In this document: positions 41,580-51,098 of the stretch, piece after piece | Layout of the letters: each line of letters starts with the position of its first letter | Position numbering within the stretch: the stretch's first letter is position 1 | Assembly: GCA_047150005.1 (NCBI GenBank) | Contig: AP038806.1 | Span: 2,912,001-2,976,000, forward strand | Reading direction: 5' to 3' | DNA from: Nitrospira sp. | GTDB lineage: Bacteria; Nitrospirota; Nitrospiria; Nitrospirales; Nitrospiraceae | Length of the DNA stretch: 64,000 bases | Program-made: the position numbers and the translations under genes | Notes under the pieces: model-generated | Told to the model about the DNA's origin: nothing | Database searches by the model: none | The model's input: only the letters and a program-made list of their open reading frames with translations

Positions 41580-41701
41580 TCGAAACCCTTCCTCAGGAGA
41601 CCGAACAAGAGCAATCACCAGCCAAAGGGGAGATTTCGGAATGACTCAGGTCATCCTCGATCATGGTGTGTCAGGGTGTCTTGGCACCACATTGGCACCA
41701 A
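41580..41701 (+). repeat. 122-bp direct repeat, copy B (right boundary of cassette)
   Basis: Five mismatches to 31760-31881; offset 9820 bp. Confidence 0.93.
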
Positions 41702-41765
41702 GCGAGAGGCTGAGGAGAAACCGATAAAGTCCGATCGAGGACGATGGTTCTGTCCAGTCGAGTGG

Positions 41766-41800
41766 TGGGGCGTAGGAAATGCGTAGAACCCTACGCCCCA
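41766..41800. repeat. Palindrome (REP-like hairpin)
   Basis: TGGGGCGTAGG-13 nt-CCTACGCCCCA perfect 11-bp stem. Confidence 0.65.
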
Positions 41801-41820
41801 GATCCAGCTATAGTGATTAG

Positions 41821-42131
41821 CAGGCTGTTGACAAAGTCCGCCAGCGGCGTGCTCCCATCTCTCAGAGGCTCACCGTACGGCCCGGGAACACGCCTGTTCC
41901 GACAGGCGATGGGTGGGCGGGTGAGGACGGTATACGCTTCGCCTTGAAGACACTGGGCGCTCACCGACTCGCGCCGTCCACAGACGTGACGCTCCTTATT
42001 CGTCGCGTCGCAGACCTCGCTGCGCCTTGCTGGACGGCCTTTCTGAACAGCCTGCAGGGCATGCTGATGGCGTCCGTGACCTCAGAGACGACTCCATTTC
42101 CGAGGTCATCGCAGAGTTTGTCAACACACTG
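41821..42131. mobile_element. Non-autonomous MITE-like element
   Basis: Terminal inverted repeats CAGGCTGTTGACAAAGTC / GAGTTTGTCAACACACTG (15/18); TTAG on both flanks; extra internal inverted end at 42029-42055; no transposase. Confidence 0.72.
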
Positions 42132-42464
42132 TTAGTCTCGCCGTATGTCCCTGGCAGCGTCGCGTGCATCATCCTTGCCATCTCGCTTTTCCCGCCGACA
42201 TTCCGCACGACTTTTATCGTCTGCTTTCTTGCATTCTTCCTTCGCCTCCCGGGCTTCCTCACGGCCCTCTTGGCGCGTATCCCGCGCATCTCTCCGGTCA
42301 TCTTGCCGGTCATCCCGATCATCTCTCCGTTCCTCACCACGCTCGGTGGCATAGGCCGGTACCAATGTCCACTGCAGGCCATCCGTGATCACCAGAACAG
42401 ACATAGCAAACACTGTGGCTACCAAACCCAAGCCCTGTACCAAATCAAAGTTGCGTCGTGTCAT
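42132..42464 (-). CDS. Secreted low-complexity D/R/E-rich protein
   Basis: Signal peptide ending AYA; RRDDRDDRQDDRRD repeats; RBS AAGGAG. Confidence 0.7.
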   Translation of the reverse strand: MTRRNFDLVQGLGLVATVFAMSVLVITDGLQWTLVPAYATERGEERRDDRDDRQDDRRDARDTRQEGREEAREAKEECKKADDKSRAECRREKRDGKDDARDAARDIRRD

Positions 42465-42635
42465 GAATCACTCCTTTTGTGAAGGTCAACGTGGGGGGAG
42501 CCTGAGCGTTTGCTCTGTGGGAGTAAATAGGATAGATGGGGAAAAACTTGACCAAGAAATGCTATCTGCGTATATCTCCTGGCGTGGTGGAATCCAGCAT
42601 TAATAGCTGGTTAGTGACGGAAAGGATAGGAACGT

Positions 42636-44096
42636 ATGGCGAAGCCAAATGGATTCTTGGTCAAGGTTGTTGGATCGTGCAGGTATCAAGCTTGGCTCGC
42701 AGCAGGGAGCATTCTGGCTCTACTGTCTGGATGTGTGACTTCTCCAGTCTATACCCTTCACATCCCCAAAACGGACCAGCCGACCTGCACCCATCCGATG
42801 AAGCCGAATGAGACGCTGATCGGGGTCGCGATTTCGGGCGGTGGAAGTCGAGCCGCATTGTTTGGGGCGGCTGGCTTAGAAGCACTCGCGAAGGTGCAAG
42901 TCGGGCCACCCGGACATTCACTGCTTGAAGACGTCTCAATGATTTCCAGTGTGTCCGGTGGCAGCATGGCGACGTCCTATTTTGCTGCTGTGAAACCGAA
43001 AAGGGACGTGCCGATGCTGACCGCGTCAGGCGAATTAAGCGCAGAGTACCAGACGTTCTTTGCACACTACAAAGAAACCGTGAACCGGGATTACGAAAAG
43101 CCCCTTGTGTGGCACAATCTCGTGCGATTGCGGTGGTTTAATCCGGCCTGGACTGCCAAGTCACTTGCCGAGCATCTCGATAGTCAATTTTTGAAGGACA
43201 CAATCTTTCAGAACATACGTGAGCGGGAATTGAATGGGGATATTCCCCGACTGCTCATCAACACCACTTTATATAACGACGGACGTCGGTTCGTCATCAC
43301 AACGTTGCCACATGAGCAGACACAATACGATTTATTGAAGGATGTGAGCCGCTCGGTCGGTACACGGTCACTCTCGAAGCAATCCCTTGAGTTGATGAAA
43401 GTGAAGTGGGCCTCCCTCCAGTCCGTGACTCCCCAGGCGCTGAACATGGATCTGTGCCCCATCCGATTAGCCGCTGCCGTGGCAGGGTCTATGTCGTTCC
43501 CTCCAGTGGTCGGCCCCATTACCTTCAAGGTTGAGGGAGAGGACCGATACTGGCATGCGGGGGACGGTGGGTTATCCGACAATATGGGGCTCGAATCGTT
43601 GGCGACGGTGGCGTTGAATGCACTGCAGCAAAATGCGGCCCGTCGGGTGCTCCTCATCGCCTTCGACAGTTCATTTCCTTTCGCGGTGGGATCGGATCGA
43701 CTGGATCACTTTCCCGAAGGTTTTACGCTGTTCAACTATGACTTTTCCCGAATACCCGGAATCATGGAGGAGCGAGCCTTGGCCTACCGGACACTCTATT
43801 TCCGCACGATGGCGGAGCAGGGAATTTTGCCGGACGAAAGCCGATTTAAATTCGTTCAGCTCAGGCACATTGATGCAGATTGGAAAGACGATATGAGCGA
43901 TCTCCCCGAATCATGCAAGAACGAGGAAGTGAAGATGACCAATCCTCCGATGGTCAAGAAGCGTCTTGCGAGCGTCGTCACGAGGCTATGGCTGAAGTCA
44001 GATTGCGATCGTGATTTGGTGGCTACTGCGGCGGCGAAATTGGTCGAAGAACACAAAGACGATGTCCAGAAATTTCTTCAGCAGCCGCTACCATAG
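42636..44096 (+). CDS. Patatin-like phospholipase lipoprotein
   Basis: Lipobox LSGC; SGGGSRA, SSVSGGS, DGG. Confidence 0.85.
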   Translation: MAKPNGFLVKVVGSCRYQAWLAAGSILALLSGCVTSPVYTLHIPKTDQPTCTHPMKPNETLIGVAISGGGSRAALFGAAGLEALAKVQVGPPGHSLLEDVSMISSVSGGSMATSYFAAVKPKRDVPMLTASGELSAEYQTFFAHYKETVNRDYEKPLVWHNLVRLRWFNPAWTAKSLAEHLDSQFLKDTIFQNIRERELNGDIPRLLINTTLYNDGRRFVITTLPHEQTQYDLLKDVSRSVGTRSLSKQSLELMKVKWASLQSVTPQALNMDLCPIRLAAAVAGSMSFPPVVGPITFKVEGEDRYWHAGDGGLSDNMGLESLATVALNALQQNAARRVLLIAFDSSFPFAVGSDRLDHFPEGFTLFNYDFSRIPGIMEERALAYRTLYFRTMAEQGILPDESRFKFVQLRHIDADWKDDMSDLPESCKNEEVKMTNPPMVKKRLASVVTRLWLKSDCDRDLVATAAAKLVEEHKDDVQKFLQQPLP

Positions 44097-44171
44097 GCCA
44101 AATATCGCTGCGCCAATCTCCTGGGGAACACTGAAGCGGTGAATGAAACCTACCTGAACGGAGGAGGTCTC

Positions 44172-44417
44172 ATGTATCGGCTTGTCACGGCTCTCTTCGT
44201 GTGTTCAATCTTCCCAGCCTGCACCAGCGTGCAACACAACCAGACGGATTGCGGCACGCTGCCCAGCGACACCTTCTGGTCCGGCAATATCGCGCTCCAA
44301 TGCCAGGAGTACCGAAGGCTTCAGGCTGAAACCGCCTACCGCACCGAAGTGGCCGAAATGCTCAAGAGCTACCGGGCCTGGCGTCTTGCCGGTTTCATCA
44401 CGAACCGTCATGAATAA
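44172..44417 (+). CDS. Small lipoprotein, possibly truncated
   Basis: RBS GGAGGAGG; FPAC lipobox-like. Confidence 0.5.
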   Translation: MYRLVTALFVCSIFPACTSVQHNQTDCGTLPSDTFWSGNIALQCQEYRRLQAETAYRTEVAEMLKSYRAWRLAGFITNRHE

Positions 44418-44423
44418 TGCGGA

Positions 44424-45674
44424 CTAGGACCGTGTGATGAAGGTTGTCACGAGTCCAAGCACATGAGTGTTCTGATAATACATCGCGTGGCGGAGGCGAA
44501 CCTGTTCGGCCAGCGCTTGGCCGACCGCAGTCACCCGATGTCTCAACGAACACGTATGACCAAATGGACTGAAGGTCAACGTCGGAGGCGACTGTTGCTG
44601 GATTAGTTGCTGTTCCAACTGCAGCTCCTGGGTCAGATCCACCTGGTCGAAGACCGTGCGGGGATATGCGCCACGCTCTCGCACTGAGGTGGTATTGTAG
44701 TCGAAGAAGAGCAGCCGGAACCAACTGAGCCCCAGGACGAAACGCTCCAGCACTAGTTCGGCGGGGTGGAGAAGCAGGCCGACCACGGCCGGCCGGAAGA
44801 TGAACCGCTCCACCAGCGAGCGCCATCCGGTGTATCTCGACTCCGCGAATTCGTTGTAGAGGGTTGCCGGCGCCGCGGAAAGTTCCAAGAACAGATCGGC
44901 TTCATCGAAGTGGCTGGTCAGGAAGAGGACACGCTGCTTCCCGAAACTTGCGGCCAGGGTCTGGGGAGACGGTCCGTATACCTGCCCGTTGGTTTTTCCA
45001 ACCAGCCACAACCAACTCCAGCAGACGAGGCTCCAGGCTAGGTCAACCAGCTTGTTCAGCCCCAACAGCATCCAGCCGAACATTGGGATGAACACGGGCA
45101 AAAACAGCGCGCCGAGGAGTTGTTCTCGTTCCTGCGAACCCGGCGGCATTCCCTGCGCATAGCGCAACAAGATCGGAATCACCAGGAAGGGCAGAAAGGC
45201 GAACATGGAAGCGAACAAAGTCAGGAAGGACACCGTAAAGGGACGCACGAGGCGCAACGCTGGGCGGAACGACAGGAGCGGTGTGCCCATGCAGACGAAT
45301 CGCCGAATATGCACGGCCTTCCCCAGGTGGCGGATGGCTTCCAGCGCGACATTCCCGCCGTGGGAATGGGCGACCACGTTGACGGACAGCGGTGAGTCCG
45401 GAGAGGCTGAGAGGCGTTGCGCGAGATCATCGAGCGACTGGGCCAACTTCCGGCCGGCGACCATTCTGGCATGATGGGTGTTCTCACCCGACCAAGCGAA
45501 GTGGTCGTATGACAAGCCCGCGCGCAGGATGGGATGCCAGACCGTATTGGGCATTCCTTGTTGGGCCAGCCCCTGTTCGAGGCGATCGGCAAAGGTCTCT
45601 CCCGTCCCAAGCCGCCACCACTTCTCTTGAGTGGCAAAGGTGCCGTGCACAACGATGGTGACGATGCCGGACAT
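44424..45674 (-). CDS. Alpha/beta-hydrolase-like membrane protein
   Basis: VVHGTF, VAHSHGG nucleophile elbow, MGTP; central TM segments. Confidence 0.7.
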   Translation of the reverse strand: MSGIVTIVVHGTFATQEKWWRLGTGETFADRLEQGLAQQGMPNTVWHPILRAGLSYDHFAWSGENTHHARMVAGRKLAQSLDDLAQRLSASPDSPLSVNVVAHSHGGNVALEAIRHLGKAVHIRRFVCMGTPLLSFRPALRLVRPFTVSFLTLFASMFAFLPFLVIPILLRYAQGMPPGSQEREQLLGALFLPVFIPMFGWMLLGLNKLVDLAWSLVCWSWLWLVGKTNGQVYGPSPQTLAASFGKQRVLFLTSHFDEADLFLELSAAPATLYNEFAESRYTGWRSLVERFIFRPAVVGLLLHPAELVLERFVLGLSWFRLLFFDYNTTSVRERGAYPRTVFDQVDLTQELQLEQQLIQQQSPPTLTFSPFGHTCSLRHRVTAVGQALAEQVRLRHAMYYQNTHVLGLVTTFITRS

Positions 45675-46133
45675 AGGTGGGCTCGTTCGCCGAACAGGAT
45701 GCTTAAAGGCAGCCCAGGCTACGTGTCAGAGGGAAATCTGTCAATGGGGATGGAGTTACGTGTCAACCCAATTTAGAAATGTCCGGTTTATGTGATCGTC
45801 GCCGCTGCCGCTGTGTCTCGTGGAGCCAACAGCCGTTTCCGCGACGGATGCGTCACGGCCTGCTTGACCGGCTGGTGCGGTTTCGGGACCCTCGTGGAAT
45901 CTGTCGGGGGCATGGGCCGCGCCGTGATGACGTGATAGGCAAGCCCCTCGCCGCGCTGCGTCATCCGCAACGTGGGCTTGGTAATATTGTTGCGGCCGGC
46001 TGGTCCGAGGATTCGGTGGTCGTTGTAACCGTTTTCATGGTTGGAACGACTCAGAGTCAGAGCGTGAACGAAGGACAGTCCCGCCTTGGCCTGGGCATGT
46101 GTGGATCATGTCGACATGAAAGAGAGGATCTCC

Positions 46134-47309
46134 ATGAATCGCTGCGATGCAATCACCGATAGTGCTGGCTCCGATCTCCGTCCCTCCGTTCTCATGACGC
46201 TCCTGTGGTCGGTCTTCACTCTCGTCTGCTCGCCATCCCCGGCTTCAGCCTTGAACACGCCCGAGGAGATCAACACTGTTCGAGTCTACAAGAAGATGTC
46301 CGTGGCGACCGTGCTCATCACCTCCGCCTACGCCAGCTCCCATCATGTCAATCAGGAATTGGGAAAGGGCATCGGTTCCGGCGTGCTGATCGACGACCAG
46401 GGCCTAATCGTGACGAACGCCCATGTGGTTCAAGGAGCGGCCAAACTGACCGTCATGCTTCACGACGGGACCCGTCTTCCGGCCCAGCTCATCGGGAGCG
46501 ACATGGTGTATGACGTAGCCTTGCTGCGCGTGGCGATCCCAAAGGGCAAATATCCCCATGCGCAACTCGGCAATTCCGATAGGCTGGAAGTCGGGCAGAA
46601 AGTGATCGCCATCGGTCATCCGTTTGGCCTGGGCTACGCGATGTCGACCGGGATCATCAGCGGTTTCGGGAAGCTGTTGGAGACCAAGCAGGAGGTGTTT
46701 CAAGACCGTATCATTCAAACCACGACGCCGATCAACCCGGGCAACAGCGGCGGTCCGCTGGTGGACTCGGATGACCGTGTGATCGGAATCAACACGGCGA
46801 TCCTGCTGGGAGCGCAGAATATCGGATTTGCCATTCCCATCAACACCGTCAAATCCGTCATGGGCGACTTGCAGACGTACGGCCGCGTCATCCGGCCCTG
46901 GCTCGGGGTCAAAGGGAAGTTCGTGACCGAAGAACTGCGGACGCTGATCGCCCTCCCCATGGTGGACGGCCTCCTCGTTCAAGATATCGACGAAGGCAGT
47001 CCGGCCGCAAAGATTGGCCTGGAAGCAGGTGAATTGGACGTGACAGTCGAAGGCGAACCCTGGGTGCTGGGAGGGGATATCCTTGTGTCCATCAACGGTC
47101 AAGATCTGCGAACCCCCAGCCACTATACTAAGACGCTTCAGGGGCTCAAGGCCGACCAAACGGTCGAATTGCGCGTGTTCAGAGACGGCGACTATCGGAA
47201 CCTCAGTGTCACCCTCGGCGAACGGCCGATGCCTCCGCTTCCGCAGCAGCGGCCAAAGACCGATGTGCCGCCGCTGATCCCACAGGCGCTTCCCTATTCA
47301 CAGTTTTAG
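46134..47309 (+). CDS. HtrA/DegP-family serine protease with PDZ domain
   Basis: TNAHVV, DVALL, INPGNSGGP, RPWLG, GDIL. Confidence 0.93.
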   Translation: MNRCDAITDSAGSDLRPSVLMTLLWSVFTLVCSPSPASALNTPEEINTVRVYKKMSVATVLITSAYASSHHVNQELGKGIGSGVLIDDQGLIVTNAHVVQGAAKLTVMLHDGTRLPAQLIGSDMVYDVALLRVAIPKGKYPHAQLGNSDRLEVGQKVIAIGHPFGLGYAMSTGIISGFGKLLETKQEVFQDRIIQTTTPINPGNSGGPLVDSDDRVIGINTAILLGAQNIGFAIPINTVKSVMGDLQTYGRVIRPWLGVKGKFVTEELRTLIALPMVDGLLVQDIDEGSPAAKIGLEAGELDVTVEGEPWVLGGDILVSINGQDLRTPSHYTKTLQGLKADQTVELRVFRDGDYRNLSVTLGERPMPPLPQQRPKTDVPPLIPQALPYSQF

Positions 47310-47469
47310 ATCGGAGACGGCACCCACATAGCCCGGCCCCCTTCTTGGTTCCGTTCGTTTGGGACGGATTGATCTTCAACGGCTTGCTGGGATAGGGTTC
47401 ATAGGTGTGTATTCGACCAGCGACGTTTACGCGTCGGGACCGAGCGGCTTTCGTTCTTGGAACAGCGGC

Positions 47470-47970
47470 ATGTGGAGACGGACTTCATTGCTTTCTGGCC
47501 GGCCGAGTACATTGACCAGGATGATACTTGTGATGTGCCTGGCGGTTTTGCCAGGCATCATCAATGAAGGTTCCGTGCTTGCCGTTCTTGGGGAGTCTGC
47601 CTCAACGGTAGAACGCGATCGGGAAATCCTGAATGGTCAGAGACAGAGCGCGACGGAATCCAACTATTCAGTTGAGACCATTAACTCTCCGGGCATGGTC
47701 ATCAGAGAGTATGTGTCTCTGGACGGCCTCGTGTTCGCAGTGGGCTGGACACAGCAAAAGGGAATCGTGAATTTGGAGCAACTGCTTGGATCTTATTATG
47801 TTGAATATAGCCGCGCGACACTGACACAGCCTCGACAGTCCCAGCGATTTCGTCGGGTCGAAACAGAGCATGCTGTCATCGAGACCGGTGGGCGTATGGG
47901 AGCCGTTTGGGGGCGAGCCTGGGTGCTGTCCCTTCTCCCAGGCGGAATCTCACCGGACGTCATCAAGTGA
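47470..47970 (+). CDS. DUF2844-family secreted protein
   Basis: AVLGES..TV..D, IREYVS.DG.VFAVGW, LEQLLGSYY, GGRM..GRAW; start uncertain. Confidence 0.8.
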   Translation: MWRRTSLLSGRPSTLTRMILVMCLAVLPGIINEGSVLAVLGESASTVERDREILNGQRQSATESNYSVETINSPGMVIREYVSLDGLVFAVGWTQQKGIVNLEQLLGSYYVEYSRATLTQPRQSQRFRRVETEHAVIETGGRMGAVWGRAWVLSLLPGGISPDVIK

Positions 47971-49157
47971 TCATCTTGATACGGATTTGTTCGGGAATAG
48001 TAGTGCTCATCTTGGCCCTTTTCACAATGGCTTGCGGGAGTTCCACCGATAGTGACACATCGGGAAGAGAGCAGAACGGACTCCCTCAAGGCACGAACGT
48101 CTTGCCCGTGACAGTCGGCGGAGCCAGCCTCTGCACGTCTGTCGTGAATCAACCTTGCGTGAGTGTGACGTTGTGCGTACCCGGGACCTCCGCTTGCCAA
48201 ACGATCAGCGATATCATCCTCGATACGGGCTCGGTGGGCCTTCGGGTTTTTAAATCGGTCCTCACGGTGGATTTTGCGCAGCATATCGAGACGGATGCAC
48301 AGGGGAATCAGATCGGCGAATGCGTGATCTTCGGGACCGGCGCAACCTGGGGACCGGTGGCAACGGCCGGCGTGATTATGGCAGGGGAGCCGGGAACGGT
48401 CGTGCCCATTCAATTGATCGATGCAACCTTTGCAGGCCACTCCGCCTCAAGCAATCCCTGCGGGCAGCCCGTGGATACGAGTCCCGCCAACAGCTTGATG
48501 AACGGACTGCTTGGTATCGACGCCTTCGGTTCGGACAGTGTCGCTGGTGGATATTTTTCATGCGGAGGTCAAGGATGCGCGCCGATCGGCCGGCCGCCAA
48601 ACTTCGTCCAGAATCCTGTCGCATTGCTTCAAGACGATAATAACGGCCATGTCTTGGTATTTCCTTCCGTCGGGAATACGGGTGCGCCAACGGTTGTGGG
48701 TGCCTTGGTTTTCGGGATTGGCACACAAGGCAACAATACGCCCAACGGAGCGTCTGTATTTGAGAGAAACCCGAGCACCGGCACCATCACTACCGTATAT
48801 AAGGGAACGACCTATGCGAGTTTTTTGGACACTGGTTCGACATTCTTGTTCTTTCACGATACGACGATTCCACTTTGCGCTAGTATCGGCGGAGCCTATT
48901 GCCCTTCATCGACGCTGAGTCTCTCGGCAACACATACCGGTGCGAATCAGGTGTCTCAGTTGGTCCATTTCGAGGTTGCCAATGCCGAAGGTCTGACAAA
49001 GACAGGCAACGCCGCCTATAACAATTTGGGTGGGACAGATACGGCTCTATCGGGCGAATTTGACTGGGGCTTTCCATTTTATCTGGGACGAACTGTCTAT
49101 ACGGGGATCTCCGGACGGGATTCCGTGCTGGGGATCGGACCCTATTGGGCCTATTAG
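47967..49157 (+). CDS. DUF3443-family lipoprotein with two DTGS motifs
   Basis: NQPCVSVTLCVPGT, ILDTGSVGLR, FLDTGS, FDWGFPFYLGRTVY; GTGA overlap. Confidence 0.82.
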   Translation: MIILIRICSGIVVLILALFTMACGSSTDSDTSGREQNGLPQGTNVLPVTVGGASLCTSVVNQPCVSVTLCVPGTSACQTISDIILDTGSVGLRVFKSVLTVDFAQHIETDAQGNQIGECVIFGTGATWGPVATAGVIMAGEPGTVVPIQLIDATFAGHSASSNPCGQPVDTSPANSLMNGLLGIDAFGSDSVAGGYFSCGGQGCAPIGRPPNFVQNPVALLQDDNNGHVLVFPSVGNTGAPTVVGALVFGIGTQGNNTPNGASVFERNPSTGTITTVYKGTTYASFLDTGSTFLFFHDTTIPLCASIGGAYCPSSTLSLSATHTGANQVSQLVHFEVANAEGLTKTGNAAYNNLGGTDTALSGEFDWGFPFYLGRTVYTGISGRDSVLGIGPYWAY

Positions 49158-49352
49158 CGGTCGATCCTTACATCGAGAAAAAGGGGGCGCTTCGTTCGCG
49201 ATCATCACCGATTCGTCACGAAGGTAGCGGCTGTTTCTGACAGCGCCATTCTTTCGATCGCGCCGCAAATCGCCAAACACTTTGTCCAGGCCGAGGTTCG
49301 TCACTTTGACGCGAACGACCGCGAAGCCGCTCTCGCCTGGCTGCGCGAATGA
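49158..49352 (+). pseudogene. Remnant of a STAS/SEC14 gene paralogous to 24948-25310
   Basis: VDPYIEKKG then RFVRDHHRFVTKVAAVSDSAILSIAPQIAKHFVQAEVRHF...LAWLRE*; 5' end lost and an internal deletion of about 75 bp. Confidence 0.85.
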
Positions 49353-49602
49353 TCAGAAGGGCTACGGCAGGGGCGGAAACCCTGTGGATGAGCGGGTACG
49401 CGACTACCGGTATGCGGACGGCTTTCTCTTTACAATTGCCATGAGGCAAGGAGTCAGGAACGCAGGAGGCAATCAGTCACGCATCTGAGAAAGCGGAATG
49501 TTCCAGCTGCTCCTCTCACGCACAGAAAATGCGGTCATGGAGGTAAATTGCTGTACGACTGAATAGTCTGTCCGATTATGTTGCTTGTATAGCAGCTGAC
49601 AC

Positions 49603-49814
49603 TTACAAGTCTTCACGAGTCAGGCCGGTCACTTTGGCCAGTCGAGCCAACATGCGAGGTCCTATTTCATCGTGATCAGGAAAGGCGAAGACGACATCAG
49701 GCCGGCCTGCTCGCTGTAGGATTCGATAAGAGCCAGTTGTGCGTTTGATCTGCCGCCGATGCGAAGAAGAGCGAAAAGTACGCGGGAGGCCTGGGTCGAA
49801 GGTCAGTGACTCAT
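49603..49814 (-). pseudogene. hicA: HicA-family toxin, inactivated
   Basis: ATG AGT CAC TGA (stop at codon 4); frameshift after LLRIG; GSY in place of GSH; intact EIGPRMLARLAK tail. Confidence 0.8.
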
Positions 49815-50032
49815 GCGGCAATGAAGGAAACGTTCAGCAACTCTTCTGGAACTGCTTCATTATGTTCAAGACGGTCTGCCATTGCGCGCAAGGCCAGTGC
49901 TTGGACAGCGGCCAGTGCTGCTGACTTGGTTTGACCATAGGCCATCACACCGGGCAAGGCGGGGACCTCACCGATCCATCGGCCGTCTTCTTCCTGCTCC
50001 AATTCGATCTTGAGTTGAGTAACCTTTGCCAT
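49811..50032 (-). CDS. hicB: HicB-family antitoxin (short)
   Basis: EQEEDGRWIGEVPALPGVMAYGQT. Confidence 0.88.
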   Translation of the reverse strand: MAKVTQLKIELEQEEDGRWIGEVPALPGVMAYGQTKSAALAAVQALALRAMADRLEHNEAVPEELLNVSFIAA

Positions 50033-50196
50033 GAGCACCCCTCAGCGAGTCCTGATGATCGATAGGCTAAGCTCTGACAGGCCGGAAATCAAGCAGGTGA
50101 GGCCAACGCGGCGTAAAAAAATCGGATGGTAGGTGTGCCCTGGCTCCGTGATGGGTGAAGCTGCAGGGCGGCTCGTCACGGGATGGGAGCCTTCGC

Positions 50197-50484
50197 TTAG
50201 CGTTTCTTCCCCAATCTGACGGTCAGTTCCTCATAGACAGATTGGCGATGACCGACCGCCATGAGGCGAATGGTACGGGCTTTGCGGTCGATGGCATAGA
50301 TGATCCGGAAGCGGCGGACTCGAAATTTCCAGAGACCGTACAGTTCGCGCAGCAGCAGCTCTCCATACTCAGGCTCCACAGCAATCGCACGAATGGCCGA
50401 TTTGATAGAGCGCTTCAGATCTGGATGGAGTGAGCGAATAGCGTCAGCGATGTGCGGAGGGATAACGGGACGGAAGGGTGTCAC
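50197..50484 (-). CDS. RelE/ParE-family toxin
   Basis: GELLLRELYGLWKFRVRRFRIIYAID...VGHRQSVY; GTGA overlap with the antitoxin. Confidence 0.88.
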   Translation of the reverse strand: MTPFRPVIPPHIADAIRSLHPDLKRSIKSAIRAIAVEPEYGELLLRELYGLWKFRVRRFRIIYAIDRKARTIRLMAVGHRQSVYEELTVRLGKKR

Positions 50485-50777
50485 GCGGATCGACGTTTCT
50501 TGGTAGGGGCGATCGGCTCACCGAACACGTCCTCGAAAGAGAGCCCTTTCTTGCTTGTTTTATAGAAGGCTCGGCTCTCGGCAATCTGCTGCATCAGATC
50601 AGGATCACTCAGGACGTCGAGCGTCTCCTTAAGGCGCGCGTATTCCCGGACGTTGACGAGCACAGCGGCCGGCCGGCCGTTCTTTGTTACCACGACCTCC
50701 TCCTCACGCTCCTCCACACTAGCGATCAACTCCGGCAACCGGGTCTTGACCTCAGATAACGGTAAAGTTTTAGCCAT
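50481..50777 (-). CDS. Phd/YefM-family antitoxin
   Basis: LSEVKTRL, VVVTKNGRPAAVLV, LKETL. Confidence 0.9.
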   Translation of the reverse strand: MAKTLPLSEVKTRLPELIASVEEREEEVVVTKNGRPAAVLVNVREYARLKETLDVLSDPDLMQQIAESRAFYKTSKKGLSFEDVFGEPIAPTKKRRSA

Positions 50778-51098
50778 CACATCCTCCAAGCCAGACATGA
50801 CCATAATTCTGGACATTAGAATATCGCGCGGAACAGGGGGCAGTCAATCAGCCAAGAGGAATGTTGCGCTGCGAGCCGCGAAACCGTTCGGATGGCGGGC
50901 GCTGCTTGCTCCGGCGATGGGTGAAGTCGGAGGTAGCGCCCACCAGCCTCTTGGGGCTAGAGGGGAAAGAGCCGCCGCGCATCGGGAAACGATCCCAGCC
51001 AGAAATGCCTCCGACTCCTTTGATTCCGACGAACGCGGGCTGGGGCCCAGTTATGCAACCAAATTGACAGGCTGAAAGGGCCATGACAGGATGCGACC

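Noticed and set aside
31760..41701. CRISPR array or tRNA-derived att site in the repeats
   Set aside because: Only two full copies far apart, no spacer periodicity, and no cloverleaf or T-loop motif.
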